From NCBI GenBank assembly GCA_035995985.1, contig DASYJY010000155.1, positions 16,416-80,415 on the forward strand: DNA of 64,000 nt. The letters run 5' to 3'. Below are positions 29,057-38,339 of the stretch, in pieces. Position 1 is the first letter of the stretch. Every line of letters begins with the position of its first letter. Made by a program: the position numbers and the translations under genes. Under the pieces are notes generated by a model that worked only from the letters and a program-made list of their open reading frames with translations, searched no databases and was not told the DNA's origin. The stretch is from Thermoanaerobaculia bacterium (GTDB lineage: Bacteria; Acidobacteriota; Thermoanaerobaculia; Gp7-AA8).

Positions 29057-29503
29057 TCACCAGTGTTCAAATGGCGGCATCGGCGAGTCGTCGAGCAAAA
29101 TTTGCGGGAACTCGGAGGGATCGAGCCGCTTGTCGGTCGCACTCTGCACAAGAAGCGTTGCAACCCACTCTCGGTGACGTCGCGCGGCCTCTTCGACCGA
29201 GGTCCGATCGATGCCGCACCAACGCTTGGGGAAGTCGTTCAACTTCTCCAGCGCGGCGTCGAACAGGCGGAGTCCGCCGGGGTACGTGCCGCGCTTCACA
29301 TGGTGATACGCGGCCGCGAGTTGGATGAGTCCCTGGAGAAAACGGTGGACGTCAGACTCCGCTTCGAGCCAGATCGTCTCCCACGACTCATGCGCATCCC
29401 AGAACTCGGCGGCGTTGAAATGATCGAGGCCGGCGCGAAAGTGGGAGACGAAGTCAGGCTTGTTCAGTCGTCCGCCCTCGTGCCGCGGCGGAGCGTCTCG
29501 CAC
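29057..29503 (-). CDS. DUF309 domain protein
   Basis: FNAAEFWDAHESWETIWLEA and LQGLIQLAAAYHHVKRG motifs. The start is uncertain because it overlaps the upstream gene end by 40 nt. Confidence 0.65.
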   Translation of the reverse strand: MRDAPPRHEGGRLNKPDFVSHFRAGLDHFNAAEFWDAHESWETIWLEAESDVHRFLQGLIQLAAAYHHVKRGTYPGGLRLFDAALEKLNDFPKRWCGIDRTSVEEAARRHREWVATLLVQSATDKRLDPSEFPQILLDDSPMPPFEHW

Positions 29504-30492
29504 ATCGCCGTCGTGAAGTCGGCAGTCGTACCGGTTCCGCCGATGTCGCGCGTGCGATGCTCCGGACCGGAATCGAGCACCTTCACGATCGCGTCTTCGA
29601 CGCGTTTGGCCGCGCCCGTTTCGCCGATGTGATGCATCATCAGGACGGCCGACTTCAGCAGCGCCAGCGGATTGGCCTTGTTCTGACCGGCGATGTCGGG
29701 CGCACTGCCGTGTACCGCTTCGAAGACCGCACCGGCTTCGCCAATGTTCGCGCCGGCGACGACGCCCAGCCCTCCCACAAGGCCTGCCGCGAGATCCGAG
29801 ACGATGTCGCCGTAGAGATTCTCAAGCAGGAGGATGTCGAACTGCTGCGGGTTCATCACCATCTGCATGCAGAGGTTGTCGACGATCTTGTCGTCGGCTT
29901 CGACGTTCGGGTACTCCTTGGCGACGTTGCGGAAGCACTGCAGAAAAAGGCCGTCCGACAACTTCATGATGTTGGCCTTGTGCACCGCGGTCACGCGCTT
30001 GCGTCCGTGCGTGCGCGCGTACTCGAACGCGAACCGGGCGATGCGCGTGGACGCCTTCTCGGTGATGATCTTGATCGACTCGACCACGCCGGGGACGACT
30101 TCATGTTCCAGTCCGCTGTAGAGGTCCTCAGTGTTCTCGCGCACGACGATGATGTCGACGTTTTCGAAGCGCGTGATGATGTTCGGCATCGACTTCACTG
30201 GTCGCAGATTCGCGTAGAGGTCGAGCGTCTTGCGGAGCCGGACGTTGATCGACGAGAAGCCGGTGCCGATGGGCGTCGTGACCGGACCCTTGAGCGCGAC
30301 CTTGTTGCGGAGAATCGATTCGAGCACTCCGGGCGGTAGCGGGTCGCCGAAACGCGAGATCGCTTCGGCACCGACAAAGTACTTCTCCCATTCGACGTCG
30401 ACGCCGGCGCATTCGATGATCGAGACCACCGAGGCGGTGACCTCGGGGCCGATGCCGTCACCGGGGAGCAGCGTGATCTTGTGTTGAGCCAT
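29464..30492 (-). CDS. isocitrate/isopropylmalate dehydrogenase family enzyme, most like NAD-dependent isocitrate dehydrogenase
   Basis: ATG 30492 gives MAQHKITLLPGDGIGPEV. LYANLRP, NLYGDIVSDL and GSAPDIAG motifs. Confidence 0.85.
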   Translation of the reverse strand: MAQHKITLLPGDGIGPEVTASVVSIIECAGVDVEWEKYFVGAEAISRFGDPLPPGVLESILRNKVALKGPVTTPIGTGFSSINVRLRKTLDLYANLRPVKSMPNIITRFENVDIIVVRENTEDLYSGLEHEVVPGVVESIKIITEKASTRIARFAFEYARTHGRKRVTAVHKANIMKLSDGLFLQCFRNVAKEYPNVEADDKIVDNLCMQMVMNPQQFDILLLENLYGDIVSDLAAGLVGGLGVVAGANIGEAGAVFEAVHGSAPDIAGQNKANPLALLKSAVLMMHHIGETGAAKRVEDAIVKVLDSGPEHRTRDIGGTGTTADFTTAMCETLRRGTRADD

Positions 30493-31513
30493 GGTGAATC
30501 CTTTCCGCTCGCTCACGCGCCTCCGCTACGGAGAAGTCGATCGGCAGCAGCGATCTGAGCGCGCCGTACTCGGGCAGCTCATCGATGCAGCGATGGACGC
30601 TCTCCAGCGTCGGAGGGATGAAGTCGAGGTAACTCATGCGGCCGCGGACGAGCGGCTGTTTTGAAAACGTGCCGAGGATTTTGAGAGAGCGCTGCAGGAG
30701 GGTCTCGAAGTAGCGGCGGCGCATCGAACGCCGTTCGCCTTGCGGCAGCTCGGTGCGCGCCGGTAATCCGTGCACGCGCCAGTCCGCATAGTAGTCGACG
30801 AGTTCCAGCTCCGTCTCTTCGCCGAGGATGCGGGCCACGCCACGGTCGCGCAGGAGCGAAGCGATGTCGTACGTGTCGGGACCCATTCTGAGATCCTGAT
30901 AGTCGATCAGATAAAGCTTCTCGTTAAGAATGTGTATATTTTGTCCATGGTAATCACGATGACATAGAACGTATGGATGTCTCGATACGTTATCAGCGAG
31001 CCTTCTAAGCAACGGTTTCAACGCCGCCGTCGCGTCGGGCGGTGCGTCCATCAGCTTCTCGAAATAGAACTCCCGCGACATCTCCAGCTCGTTGAAAAAG
31101 AAGTCGCCTGTGAACGGCGGGTTGATGTCGAGAGCGCCGGCCTTCTGAAAGTAGACCAACAACGTGATTGCCTTGCGGTACCAACGAATGCCTTCATCGC
31201 GGTCGTGGTGCAGTAGGTCGAAGAGGGTCGTGTCTCCGACGTCCTCCTGCAGCATGGCCGCATCGCTGTGCTGGATCAGCTTCGGGAGGTAGGCATGCTT
31301 CGACGCCGCGTGGTAGGCAGACAGCACCCGCGCAAGATCGCGCCGCACTTCGTCGGGATACAAGGCCAGCATGTGCGTGCCGCCGCCGGGAAGGCTCACG
31401 CGGAAGTAGCGCCGGACGGAGGCGTCGCCCGGCAGCGCCCGCGCCGACCAACCCTCCCCGACACACTCGGTGAGAAACGCCGCAGCGTCGTCGGGGAGGG
31501 ATACGTCGGTCAT
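30458..31513 (-). CDS. aminoglycoside-phosphotransferase-fold kinase (AmgK-like sugar kinase guess)
   Basis: Catalytic loop CHRDYHGQNI and LIDYQD metal-binding motif. Confidence 0.6.
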   Translation of the reverse strand: MTDVSLPDDAAAFLTECVGEGWSARALPGDASVRRYFRVSLPGGGTHMLALYPDEVRRDLARVLSAYHAASKHAYLPKLIQHSDAAMLQEDVGDTTLFDLLHHDRDEGIRWYRKAITLLVYFQKAGALDINPPFTGDFFFNELEMSREFYFEKLMDAPPDATAALKPLLRRLADNVSRHPYVLCHRDYHGQNIHILNEKLYLIDYQDLRMGPDTYDIASLLRDRGVARILGEETELELVDYYADWRVHGLPARTELPQGERRSMRRRYFETLLQRSLKILGTFSKQPLVRGRMSYLDFIPPTLESVHRCIDELPEYGALRSLLPIDFSVAEARERAERIHHGSTQDHAAPR

Positions 31514-31541
31514 CGGCTACCGCAGTTGCAAGAACCGGGGG

Positions 31542-32267
31542 CTATTTCGGCGCTGGTCCCTGCTCGTCGGGCTTGGCGTCGCGGATCACGATCTTGTCGA
31601 TGCTCGTCGGATTGATCGGCCGGTCCTGCGCTCCGGTCGGCGCGCCAACGATCTTGTCGGCGATGTCCATCCCCTTCGTCACCTGGCCAAAGACGCTGTA
31701 CTGGCCATTGAGCGACGGGTAGTCGGCGACCATGATGAAGAACTGCGAGGAGGCGCTGTCGGGAGCGCTGGACCGCGCCATCGAGACGATGCCGCGCACG
31801 TGCTTGACCGAATTGAACTCGGCACCGACGTTCTTGCCCGAACCGCCCGTCCCCCACGTCGAGGGAGAGCCGGAAACGGTATTCGGATCGCCGCCCTGGA
31901 TCATGAAGCCCGGGATGACGCGGTGGAACTTCGTGCCGTTGTAGAAGCCCTTCTCGGCAAGGTCGATGAAGTTCTTGACGTGATTCGGGGCGACGTCGGG
32001 AAAAAAGCGGATGTCGATTTCGCCGGCGCTGGTGTGCAGTTCGGCGACTTTGTTCTCGTACTGGCTCATCGGTCTGTTCTCCTCTGCCGCGGCGGTCGAT
32101 GTCGTGGCCGGCGGTACGGTGGCCTCGGTCGCTGTCGCGCTGCTGGTCGTCGTGGTGATGGTGGTATCGGTCTGTGCGGCTGTCGTCTCGTTGTTCGCGG
32201 TGTTGGTGCGGGTGCACGAAACAACGGCCACGGCCAGCAGCGCGTAGATGACGTTCTTCAAGAGCAA
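31542..32267 (-). CDS. cyclophilin-type peptidyl-prolyl isomerase, lipoprotein
   Basis: Lipobox AVVSC. FHRVIPGFMIQGGDP. TTG start; a second TTG 6 nt downstream has better SD spacing. Confidence 0.9.
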   Translation of the reverse strand: MLLKNVIYALLAVAVVSCTRTNTANNETTAAQTDTTITTTTSSATATEATVPPATTSTAAAEENRPMSQYENKVAELHTSAGEIDIRFFPDVAPNHVKNFIDLAEKGFYNGTKFHRVIPGFMIQGGDPNTVSGSPSTWGTGGSGKNVGAEFNSVKHVRGIVSMARSSAPDSASSQFFIMVADYPSLNGQYSVFGQVTKGMDIADKIVGAPTGAQDRPINPTSIDKIVIRDAKPDEQGPAPK

Positions 32268-32310
32268 TCCTCCTCGCGTAGTCTCGGGCGCGAATCCTAC
32301 TACGCGACGG

Positions 32311-33645
32311 CTACGGCCTGCGCCGTCCGCGATCGGAGAATTGCGGACGTGAATTTACCGCCGTCCGTCCATTGCCGCCGGAAGGACGCGACGGTGCTGC
32401 GGGTCGCGAGCTGCCATACGTATTCGGGCGCGGCGGGCGCGGCGCGGCGTTGCGCGCGGGCGGGCGCGACGGCCGCCACGAAGTCAATGGCGCCGCGACA
32501 GCTTTGTACGCGTTCGCATCAAATCCCTCGGCCACTTTGCGGGGGATGCCTCGGGAGATGAAGCGCTCCAGATCGCGCAGGTTGCCGCGGTCGTCGGGCG
32601 TGACGAAGCTGATGGCGTCGCCGACGGCTTTCGCACGTCCGGTGCGGCCGATGCGATGGACGTAATCCTCGGGCTGCGGCGGAAAGTCGTAGTTGACGAC
32701 GTGCGAGATGCCCTCGACGTCGATACCGCGTGCGGCGATGTCGGTGGCGACGAGCACGCGCACCGTTCCGGCCTTGAACGCCTTCAGCGCGGCGATGCGC
32801 TGGCTCTGGCTGCGGTTCGAGTGCAGCGTGGCCGTGTTGATGCCGGACGACGCCAGCTTGCGCGCGATCTTGTCGGCGCCGTGTTTGGTGCGGGAGAAGA
32901 CGAGGACGGAGTCGAGCGTCTCATCGCGCAGCAGATGAAGCAGCAGCGGCAGCTTTGCTTCCTTCGTCGTTTCGTAGACGAATTGCGTGACCAGCTCGGC
33001 CGGATTGGCGCGGCGGCCGATCTGGACGATTTCGGCATCGACGAGAAACTCATTAGTCAGCGTCTCGATTTCTTTTGAGAGCGTCGCCGAGAACATCATC
33101 GTCTGCCGCTGTTTCGGCAGCGCTTTGACGATGCGGCGCATGGCTGGAAGAAAGCCCATGTCCAGCATGCGATCGGCTTCGTCGAGCACGGCTACTTCGA
33201 GGCCGGAGAAATCGACGTGGCCCTGGTCCATCAGATCGATAAGGCGTCCCGGCGTGGCGATGACGATTTCGGTTCCGGCGCGAAGGGCCTGGATCTGCGG
33301 CCGCTCGCCGACGCCGCCGTAAACGGTGGCGATGCGCAGGTGGAGATGGCGCGCGTACTTGCGGACGTTCTCTTCGATCTGTACGACCAGCTCGCGCGTC
33401 GGGGCGATGACGATGGCGCGCATGCAGCGGCGGTTCGTGGCCGAGCCGCGGGTCGAAAGGCGCTGCAGAATCGGCAGTACGAAGGCGGCGGTCTTGCCGG
33501 TGCCGGTCTGCGCGATTCCGATGACGTCGGATCCGCGCAGCACGAGCGGGATTGCTTTGGTTTGGATTGGGGTCGGTTCCGTGTAGCCGGCTTCGCGCAC
33601 GGCTTTGGCGATTTTCGGGTCGAGCCCGAGTGCTTCAAAAGGCAT
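32311..33645 (-). CDS. rhlE: DEAD-box ATP-dependent RNA helicase with Arg/Pro-rich tail
   Basis: Q-motif GYTEPTPIQ, then AQTGTGKTAAF, DEAD, SAT and HRIGRTGRA. Confidence 0.9.
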   Translation of the reverse strand: MPFEALGLDPKIAKAVREAGYTEPTPIQTKAIPLVLRGSDVIGIAQTGTGKTAAFVLPILQRLSTRGSATNRRCMRAIVIAPTRELVVQIEENVRKYARHLHLRIATVYGGVGERPQIQALRAGTEIVIATPGRLIDLMDQGHVDFSGLEVAVLDEADRMLDMGFLPAMRRIVKALPKQRQTMMFSATLSKEIETLTNEFLVDAEIVQIGRRANPAELVTQFVYETTKEAKLPLLLHLLRDETLDSVLVFSRTKHGADKIARKLASSGINTATLHSNRSQSQRIAALKAFKAGTVRVLVATDIAARGIDVEGISHVVNYDFPPQPEDYVHRIGRTGRAKAVGDAISFVTPDDRGNLRDLERFISRGIPRKVAEGFDANAYKAVAAPLTSWRPSRPPARNAAPRPPRPNTYGSSRPAAPSRPSGGNGRTAVNSRPQFSDRGRRRP

Positions 33646-33744
33646 TGGTGTGTCCGTTCCTGTCAGAGTATTTGTTCAGCTCTGACGCTCGGACAGAGGT
33701 GAAGCAGTGTGCGATCCAACCCGGTGAGGGTGGAAAAAATTGCC

Positions 33745-34611
33745 CTAACGCTTGAACACGAACGGCTTACTGATCGCATTGCCGTCGCCGTCGAAGAAGC
33801 GGACGATCATCGAAAGCGCATCGAGTTCGATGGTGGCGAATCCGAGTTGGCGGGTGGCTTCGGACGGATAGATCGTCCGCTTGTGCGGGACAAGCGGCGG
33901 GACTGGATCGGAGCCGGCGCCGCTGATGAGAAGACGCGGATTCGCATCGATCAACTCGAGGTGGTGGTCGTGACCGCAGATGTAGAGGTCGACCTTCGCG
34001 CGGCGCATGAGCGGATCGAGCGTGACCATGCGCAGGTGCTGGTCGCGCGGGAAGTGGCCGTGGTAGCCGGAGGAGATGATCGGATGATGTCCGGCGGCGA
34101 TCCGCCAGGGCGTCGTTTTCTTCACGGCGAATGTCCGGCGCAGCGCATCGGCCGCGTCGTCGTTGCGAGCATTTGCGTACGGCGTCGTGTCGAGCATCAA
34201 CAGTTCGGCGACGGTTGAATCGATGACGTATTGCCGGGCCGGGAACTGCCAGTGCGGAACGGCCATCGCGCCGATCTGCGCGGCCGGCTGCGACTTCCCG
34301 CAGAAATCGTGATTGCCGAGGACGGGGAAAAGCGGCACGCCGATTCGGCTGAGGGCGCGGACGCGATTCCATTGCGGATCGCCCGTGGACGATGGTCCGC
34401 ACGGATAAAACGCGTCGCCCGTGATGACGACGGCGTCGAGCGGCGTTCGCGCGTGGAGTTTGGCGATGCCGTTCGCAACACGATCCGATCCTTCGCCCGT
34501 GTCGCCCACCACCGCGATGCGCAGCGTCGCCGCGTGCGGCGCGAGCGGCACGTGCGGAAGCGGCGCGCCGAGGGTGAGCGCCGCGAAAAGCAGATAGAGT
34601 GGTGCGATCAT
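33745..34611 (-). CDS. calcineurin-like metallophosphoesterase, probably secreted
   Basis: VVGDTGEG, GDAFY, GNHDF and GHDHHLE motifs. Hydrophobic N-terminus. Confidence 0.75.
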   Translation of the reverse strand: MIAPLYLLFAALTLGAPLPHVPLAPHAATLRIAVVGDTGEGSDRVANGIAKLHARTPLDAVVITGDAFYPCGPSSTGDPQWNRVRALSRIGVPLFPVLGNHDFCGKSQPAAQIGAMAVPHWQFPARQYVIDSTVAELLMLDTTPYANARNDDAADALRRTFAVKKTTPWRIAAGHHPIISSGYHGHFPRDQHLRMVTLDPLMRRAKVDLYICGHDHHLELIDANPRLLISGAGSDPVPPLVPHKRTIYPSEATRQLGFATIELDALSMIVRFFDGDGNAISKPFVFKR

Positions 34612-34987
34612 GCCGTTGGTGAAAATTTACGCGCCGAAAACCAAATCCGTTCACGAACTTCGCAAGATCTCCCACGGTGTTCACGACGCGCTCGTCGCTC
34701 ACGCGAACGTTCCGTCCGACGACCGGTTCCACATCCTCAATCGTCTCGAACGTGACGAGATCGTTGCAGACCCATCGTACGGCGGTGTGACCCGTTCCGA
34801 GAACCTGATCGTCATCGAGATCACGTTGAATGCCGGCCGGACCGTCGAGATCAAGAAGGCGCTTTACGCCGGAATCGCCTCACGGCTGGAGAGCGCCGGC
34901 GTCAGACCGGACGACGTCCTGATCTCCCTGATCGAGGTGGCGAAAGAGAATTGGTCATTTGGCGGCGGCCGGGCCACGTACGCGTGA
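34610..34987 (+). CDS. tautomerase superfamily protein (4-oxalocrotonate tautomerase-like, long form)
   Basis: MPLVKIYAPK places the catalytic Pro directly after the initiator Met. 125 aa. Confidence 0.7.
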   Translation: MPLVKIYAPKTKSVHELRKISHGVHDALVAHANVPSDDRFHILNRLERDEIVADPSYGGVTRSENLIVIEITLNAGRTVEIKKALYAGIASRLESAGVRPDDVLISLIEVAKENWSFGGGRATYA

Positions 34988-35154
34988 GAGACGGCGCCTG
35001 AGATCAGTTTGCTAGAATGCGCCGCCGCTTTGGTCTGTTGTGGGCGCCCGCGTGACTTGTGTCCGGGTTCGCACGTCAATAGGTCGACAGGCTGCAAATG
35101 CTCCGGAACGCGTTCGACTGAGCTTCAGTCCGTCACCGCCCCACCAGACAAACT

Positions 35155-37662
35155 ATGAACCGAACCTTTTCGCTCTGCCTAACGGCCGTCCTCGTTGCCG
35201 GGAGCGCTCTCGCGCAGACCGCGCCACCGGTGCCGCCGCCCGACCAACCAAAAGCCGGCACCATCATCGACCGGCCCGACGCGGGAAAGATCACGTCCGA
35301 GCCGGCATTGACTCCGGCGCCGGCTCCCTCGTCCGTGACCCCGCAAGCCGGAACGCCCCAGACTGGGAAGCGCATCGAGCGCTTCGAAGCCGTCGGAAAC
35401 ACGAGCGTCGCCTCCGACACGATTCGCGTTTACCTCAGCGTGAATCCCGGCGAGCCCTACGATCCCGCCGCGCTGCAGCGTAACTTTCTCAATCTCTGGC
35501 AGACCGGTCTCTTCGATGACATCCGCATCGAAACCGACAACGGTCCGAACGGCGGCGTCATTGTCCGGGTCGTGGTCAAAGAGCGTCCGCGCATCGGTGC
35601 CGTCGAGTATCGCGGCAACAAAGAGCTGAACGCCGCCAAGATCACCGAGCAACTCGACAAGGACAAGATCGACCTGCACGTCGGCAACACTCTCGAGCAG
35701 ACCCTGGTCCGTCGCGCGGCCGAGTCGATCAAGAAGGCGTACTCCGAGGGCGGATTCGAAGGCGTCACCGTCGACACGACGCTCGAAGACATGAGCGAAA
35801 GTGACAAAAAAATCGTCTTCAATGTCAGCGAAGGCATCAAGGCCACCGTCGCGCGCATCGTCTTCACCGGCAATCAGCACTTCTCTTCCCGCCGTCTGAA
35901 AAAGCAGATGAAGGAAGTGAAGGAAAACAACATCGTTACCTGGGTTCGCAAGAAGAACCTCTACATCCCGTCGAAGCTGGACGAGGACCTCGAGCACATC
36001 AAGAACTACTATCAGGACTACGGCTACACGAACGTTGCGTTCGGCGAGCCGCAGCTGACGACGATCGGAACGGCGAAGAAACCGCGCGTGCGGATCACCA
36101 TCCCGATCAAAGAAGGAGCGATCCATCGTCTCGGCGACGTCACCGTCACCGGCACGACCGTCTTCAAGCCGGAAGCGTTCACCGGCAACTTCCCCGTCAA
36201 GAAGGGCGACGTCCTGCGGCGCAAGCCGATTCAGGACCGCATCGACGCGCTCGATGAGCTGTACCGCATGCGCGGCTTCATCTACTCGTACATCAATCCC
36301 GAGTACGTCGAGCGCGAGAACAACGTCGTCGACATCCACTTCGCGGTCTTCGAAGGTGAGCAGTTCCGCCTCGGCCGGCTGGAGTTCCAGGGCAACACGA
36401 CCACGAAAGACAAAGTCCTCCGCCGCGAAATCTTCCTCGAAGAGGGAGAGATCATGGACATGGAAACGTTCAAGCAGTCGATCTACAAGCTCGGCCAGCT
36501 CGGCTACTTCAAGGTCAACGACAACCCTGACTTCAAGGTGAACCAGGAGAAGAAGTCGGTCGACGTGACCGTGAAGGGCACCGAGGAGGGGAAGAACGAC
36601 GTGCAGTTCGGCGGCGGCTACTCCGAGGGCACCGGCTTCTTCGTGCAGACGCAGTTCTCGACGCGCAACTTCCTCGGCGAGGGAGAAAACCTCGGCCTCA
36701 GTTTCCAGCGCGGCAACCGGCAGAATTTCTATTCGCTTTCGTACGCCGATCCCTGGTTCATGGATACGCCGAACAGCTTTGGCGTGTCGCTCTTCAACCG
36801 CAACACCGACTTCCCTCTCTCGGTCGGCTACCAGGAGCGCAGCCGAGGCGGATCGATCGCCTACGGCTACCGCCTGCACCGCTTCGACAGCCTCTCGCTC
36901 GTCTACGGCCTCGAGCACGTGCGGACGCATGAAGAGACGAACGTGCTGCCGGACGTCAACGGCAACGTGCCGATCTCCGACATCTCTGATCTGACCTACA
37001 CCTCATCTTCGATCGCGCCTTCGTACTCGTTCGACTCGCGCGACAATCCGTTCGATACGACTCGCGGCGGCCGCGTCAGCGCGGGCATGACCTTCTCCGG
37101 TGGCGCGCTGGGCGGAACGATTCACGCGATCCGGCCGACGTTTGCGGCGACGAAGTTCTTCAAGCTGTCGCGCAAGTCGTCATTCAGTTTGAACGTTGAC
37201 CTCGGCTACCTCCGTCCGCTCGATTACGGCAAAGGTTGCGCGCTGACCTACGACGACTATGTCGATCAGAACAGCAAACTCTGCGTGCCCAAGGGGCAAC
37301 GCTTTTTCGTCGGCGGCGAGTATTCGGTGCGCGGATTCGAGTACGGAACGCTCGGTCCGACCGAGAAGTTCGGCGGCGTCGAGCAGATCGCCGGCGGCTA
37401 TAAACAGGCGTTCTTCAACTCCGAGTACATCTACCGCATCAACGATCCGCTGCGGCTGGTCTTCTTCGCGGACGGCGGCTGGGCGTACGGCTACAACGAC
37501 AAACTCGACCCCCGCAAATTGCGTTATTCAACGGGCGCGGAGCTTCGTATTTTCCTGCCCGTGTTCCAGTTCCCGATCCGCTTCATCTACGCCATCAACC
37601 CTGCTTCGAAGCCCGGCGATAAGTTCAAGACGTTCAACTTCACCATCGGGAATACCTACTAA
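35155..37662 (+). CDS. bamA: outer membrane protein assembly factor BamA
   Basis: 835 aa. Signal peptide, repeated POTRA-like modules, and a C-terminal beta-barrel ending in aromatic FNFTIGNTY. Confidence 0.9.
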   Translation: MNRTFSLCLTAVLVAGSALAQTAPPVPPPDQPKAGTIIDRPDAGKITSEPALTPAPAPSSVTPQAGTPQTGKRIERFEAVGNTSVASDTIRVYLSVNPGEPYDPAALQRNFLNLWQTGLFDDIRIETDNGPNGGVIVRVVVKERPRIGAVEYRGNKELNAAKITEQLDKDKIDLHVGNTLEQTLVRRAAESIKKAYSEGGFEGVTVDTTLEDMSESDKKIVFNVSEGIKATVARIVFTGNQHFSSRRLKKQMKEVKENNIVTWVRKKNLYIPSKLDEDLEHIKNYYQDYGYTNVAFGEPQLTTIGTAKKPRVRITIPIKEGAIHRLGDVTVTGTTVFKPEAFTGNFPVKKGDVLRRKPIQDRIDALDELYRMRGFIYSYINPEYVERENNVVDIHFAVFEGEQFRLGRLEFQGNTTTKDKVLRREIFLEEGEIMDMETFKQSIYKLGQLGYFKVNDNPDFKVNQEKKSVDVTVKGTEEGKNDVQFGGGYSEGTGFFVQTQFSTRNFLGEGENLGLSFQRGNRQNFYSLSYADPWFMDTPNSFGVSLFNRNTDFPLSVGYQERSRGGSIAYGYRLHRFDSLSLVYGLEHVRTHEETNVLPDVNGNVPISDISDLTYTSSSIAPSYSFDSRDNPFDTTRGGRVSAGMTFSGGALGGTIHAIRPTFAATKFFKLSRKSSFSLNVDLGYLRPLDYGKGCALTYDDYVDQNSKLCVPKGQRFFVGGEYSVRGFEYGTLGPTEKFGGVEQIAGGYKQAFFNSEYIYRINDPLRLVFFADGGWAYGYNDKLDPRKLRYSTGAELRIFLPVFQFPIRFIYAINPASKPGDKFKTFNFTIGNTY

Positions 37663-37716
37663 ACAGCGGGCGATTACGCCCATGTCCAAAGGCCCGATCA
37701 CTTTAAGGAGATTTTC

Positions 37717-38259
37717 ATGAAGAAGGTACTCATTTCGCTCGCGGTAGCAGCGCTCGCGGCGCCGATGTTTGCGCAGAGTGCGCCGGCTCGCGTCGCGGTC
37801 GTCGACGTCAACAAGGTCCTGATGAACTCCCCCGCCGGGAAAGCGGCGTATGAGCGCCTGAAGAAAATGCAGGACGATCGCATCGCCAAGGCTCAGGCCA
37901 TGAACGATGAAATCGCCAAGCTCGACAACGACATCAACACGAAGAAGATGTCGCTCAGCGAAGACAAGCTGGCCGACATGGCCAAGCAGCTCTCCGACAA
38001 GAAGATCGCCGCGCAGCGCTTCGCGCAGGACGCCGATCGCGAAGTGGGCGAGGCTCGCGACAAGACGCTCCTCGACCTCGAGAACAAGATCAAGCCGGTC
38101 ATCGACGCGGTCGGTAAAGAGATGGGCCTTGCGGCCATCTTCAACAAGTTCGAGTCGGGTCTGGTCTACGCATCGGACGCGATCGACATCACCGACACGG
38201 TCATCAAGAAGTTCGGCGACAACGCTCCGGCCGCTCCGGCCGCCGCGAAGAAGCCGTAA
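37717..38259 (+). CDS. skp: OmpH/Skp family periplasmic chaperone
   Basis: Signal peptide, coiled-coil K/E/D-rich body, position directly after bamA, AAGGAG SD. Confidence 0.85.
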   Translation: MKKVLISLAVAALAAPMFAQSAPARVAVVDVNKVLMNSPAGKAAYERLKKMQDDRIAKAQAMNDEIAKLDNDINTKKMSLSEDKLADMAKQLSDKKIAAQRFAQDADREVGEARDKTLLDLENKIKPVIDAVGKEMGLAAIFNKFESGLVYASDAIDITDTVIKKFGDNAPAAPAAAKKP

Positions 38260-38281
38260 CTCAAACGACAACGCTCACTCG

Positions 38282-38310
38282 AAAGCCTCCCGACGCGGGA
38301 GGCTTTTTTC
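38282..38310 (+). terminator. rho-independent terminator after skp
   Basis: gcctcccg-acg-cgggaggc followed by tttttt. Confidence 0.75.
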
Positions 38311-38323
38311 GTTTGCGGCGACA

Positions 38324-38329
38324 TACAAT
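38324..38329 (+). promoter_or_regulatory. -10-like hexamer TACAAT 10 nt upstream of the preferred lpxD ATG
   Basis: tacaat at 38324-38329, then gcgcgcccga, then ATG 38340. No SD. Confidence 0.35.
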
Positions 38330-38339
38330 GCGCGCCCGA

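Noticed and set aside
35179-36930. 583-aa minus-strand ORF antisense to bamA. Similar cases are 43978-45372 opposite acs and 59883-61640 opposite purB.
   Set aside because: Antisense frames of highly conserved genes. They have no start-site signals and biased composition.
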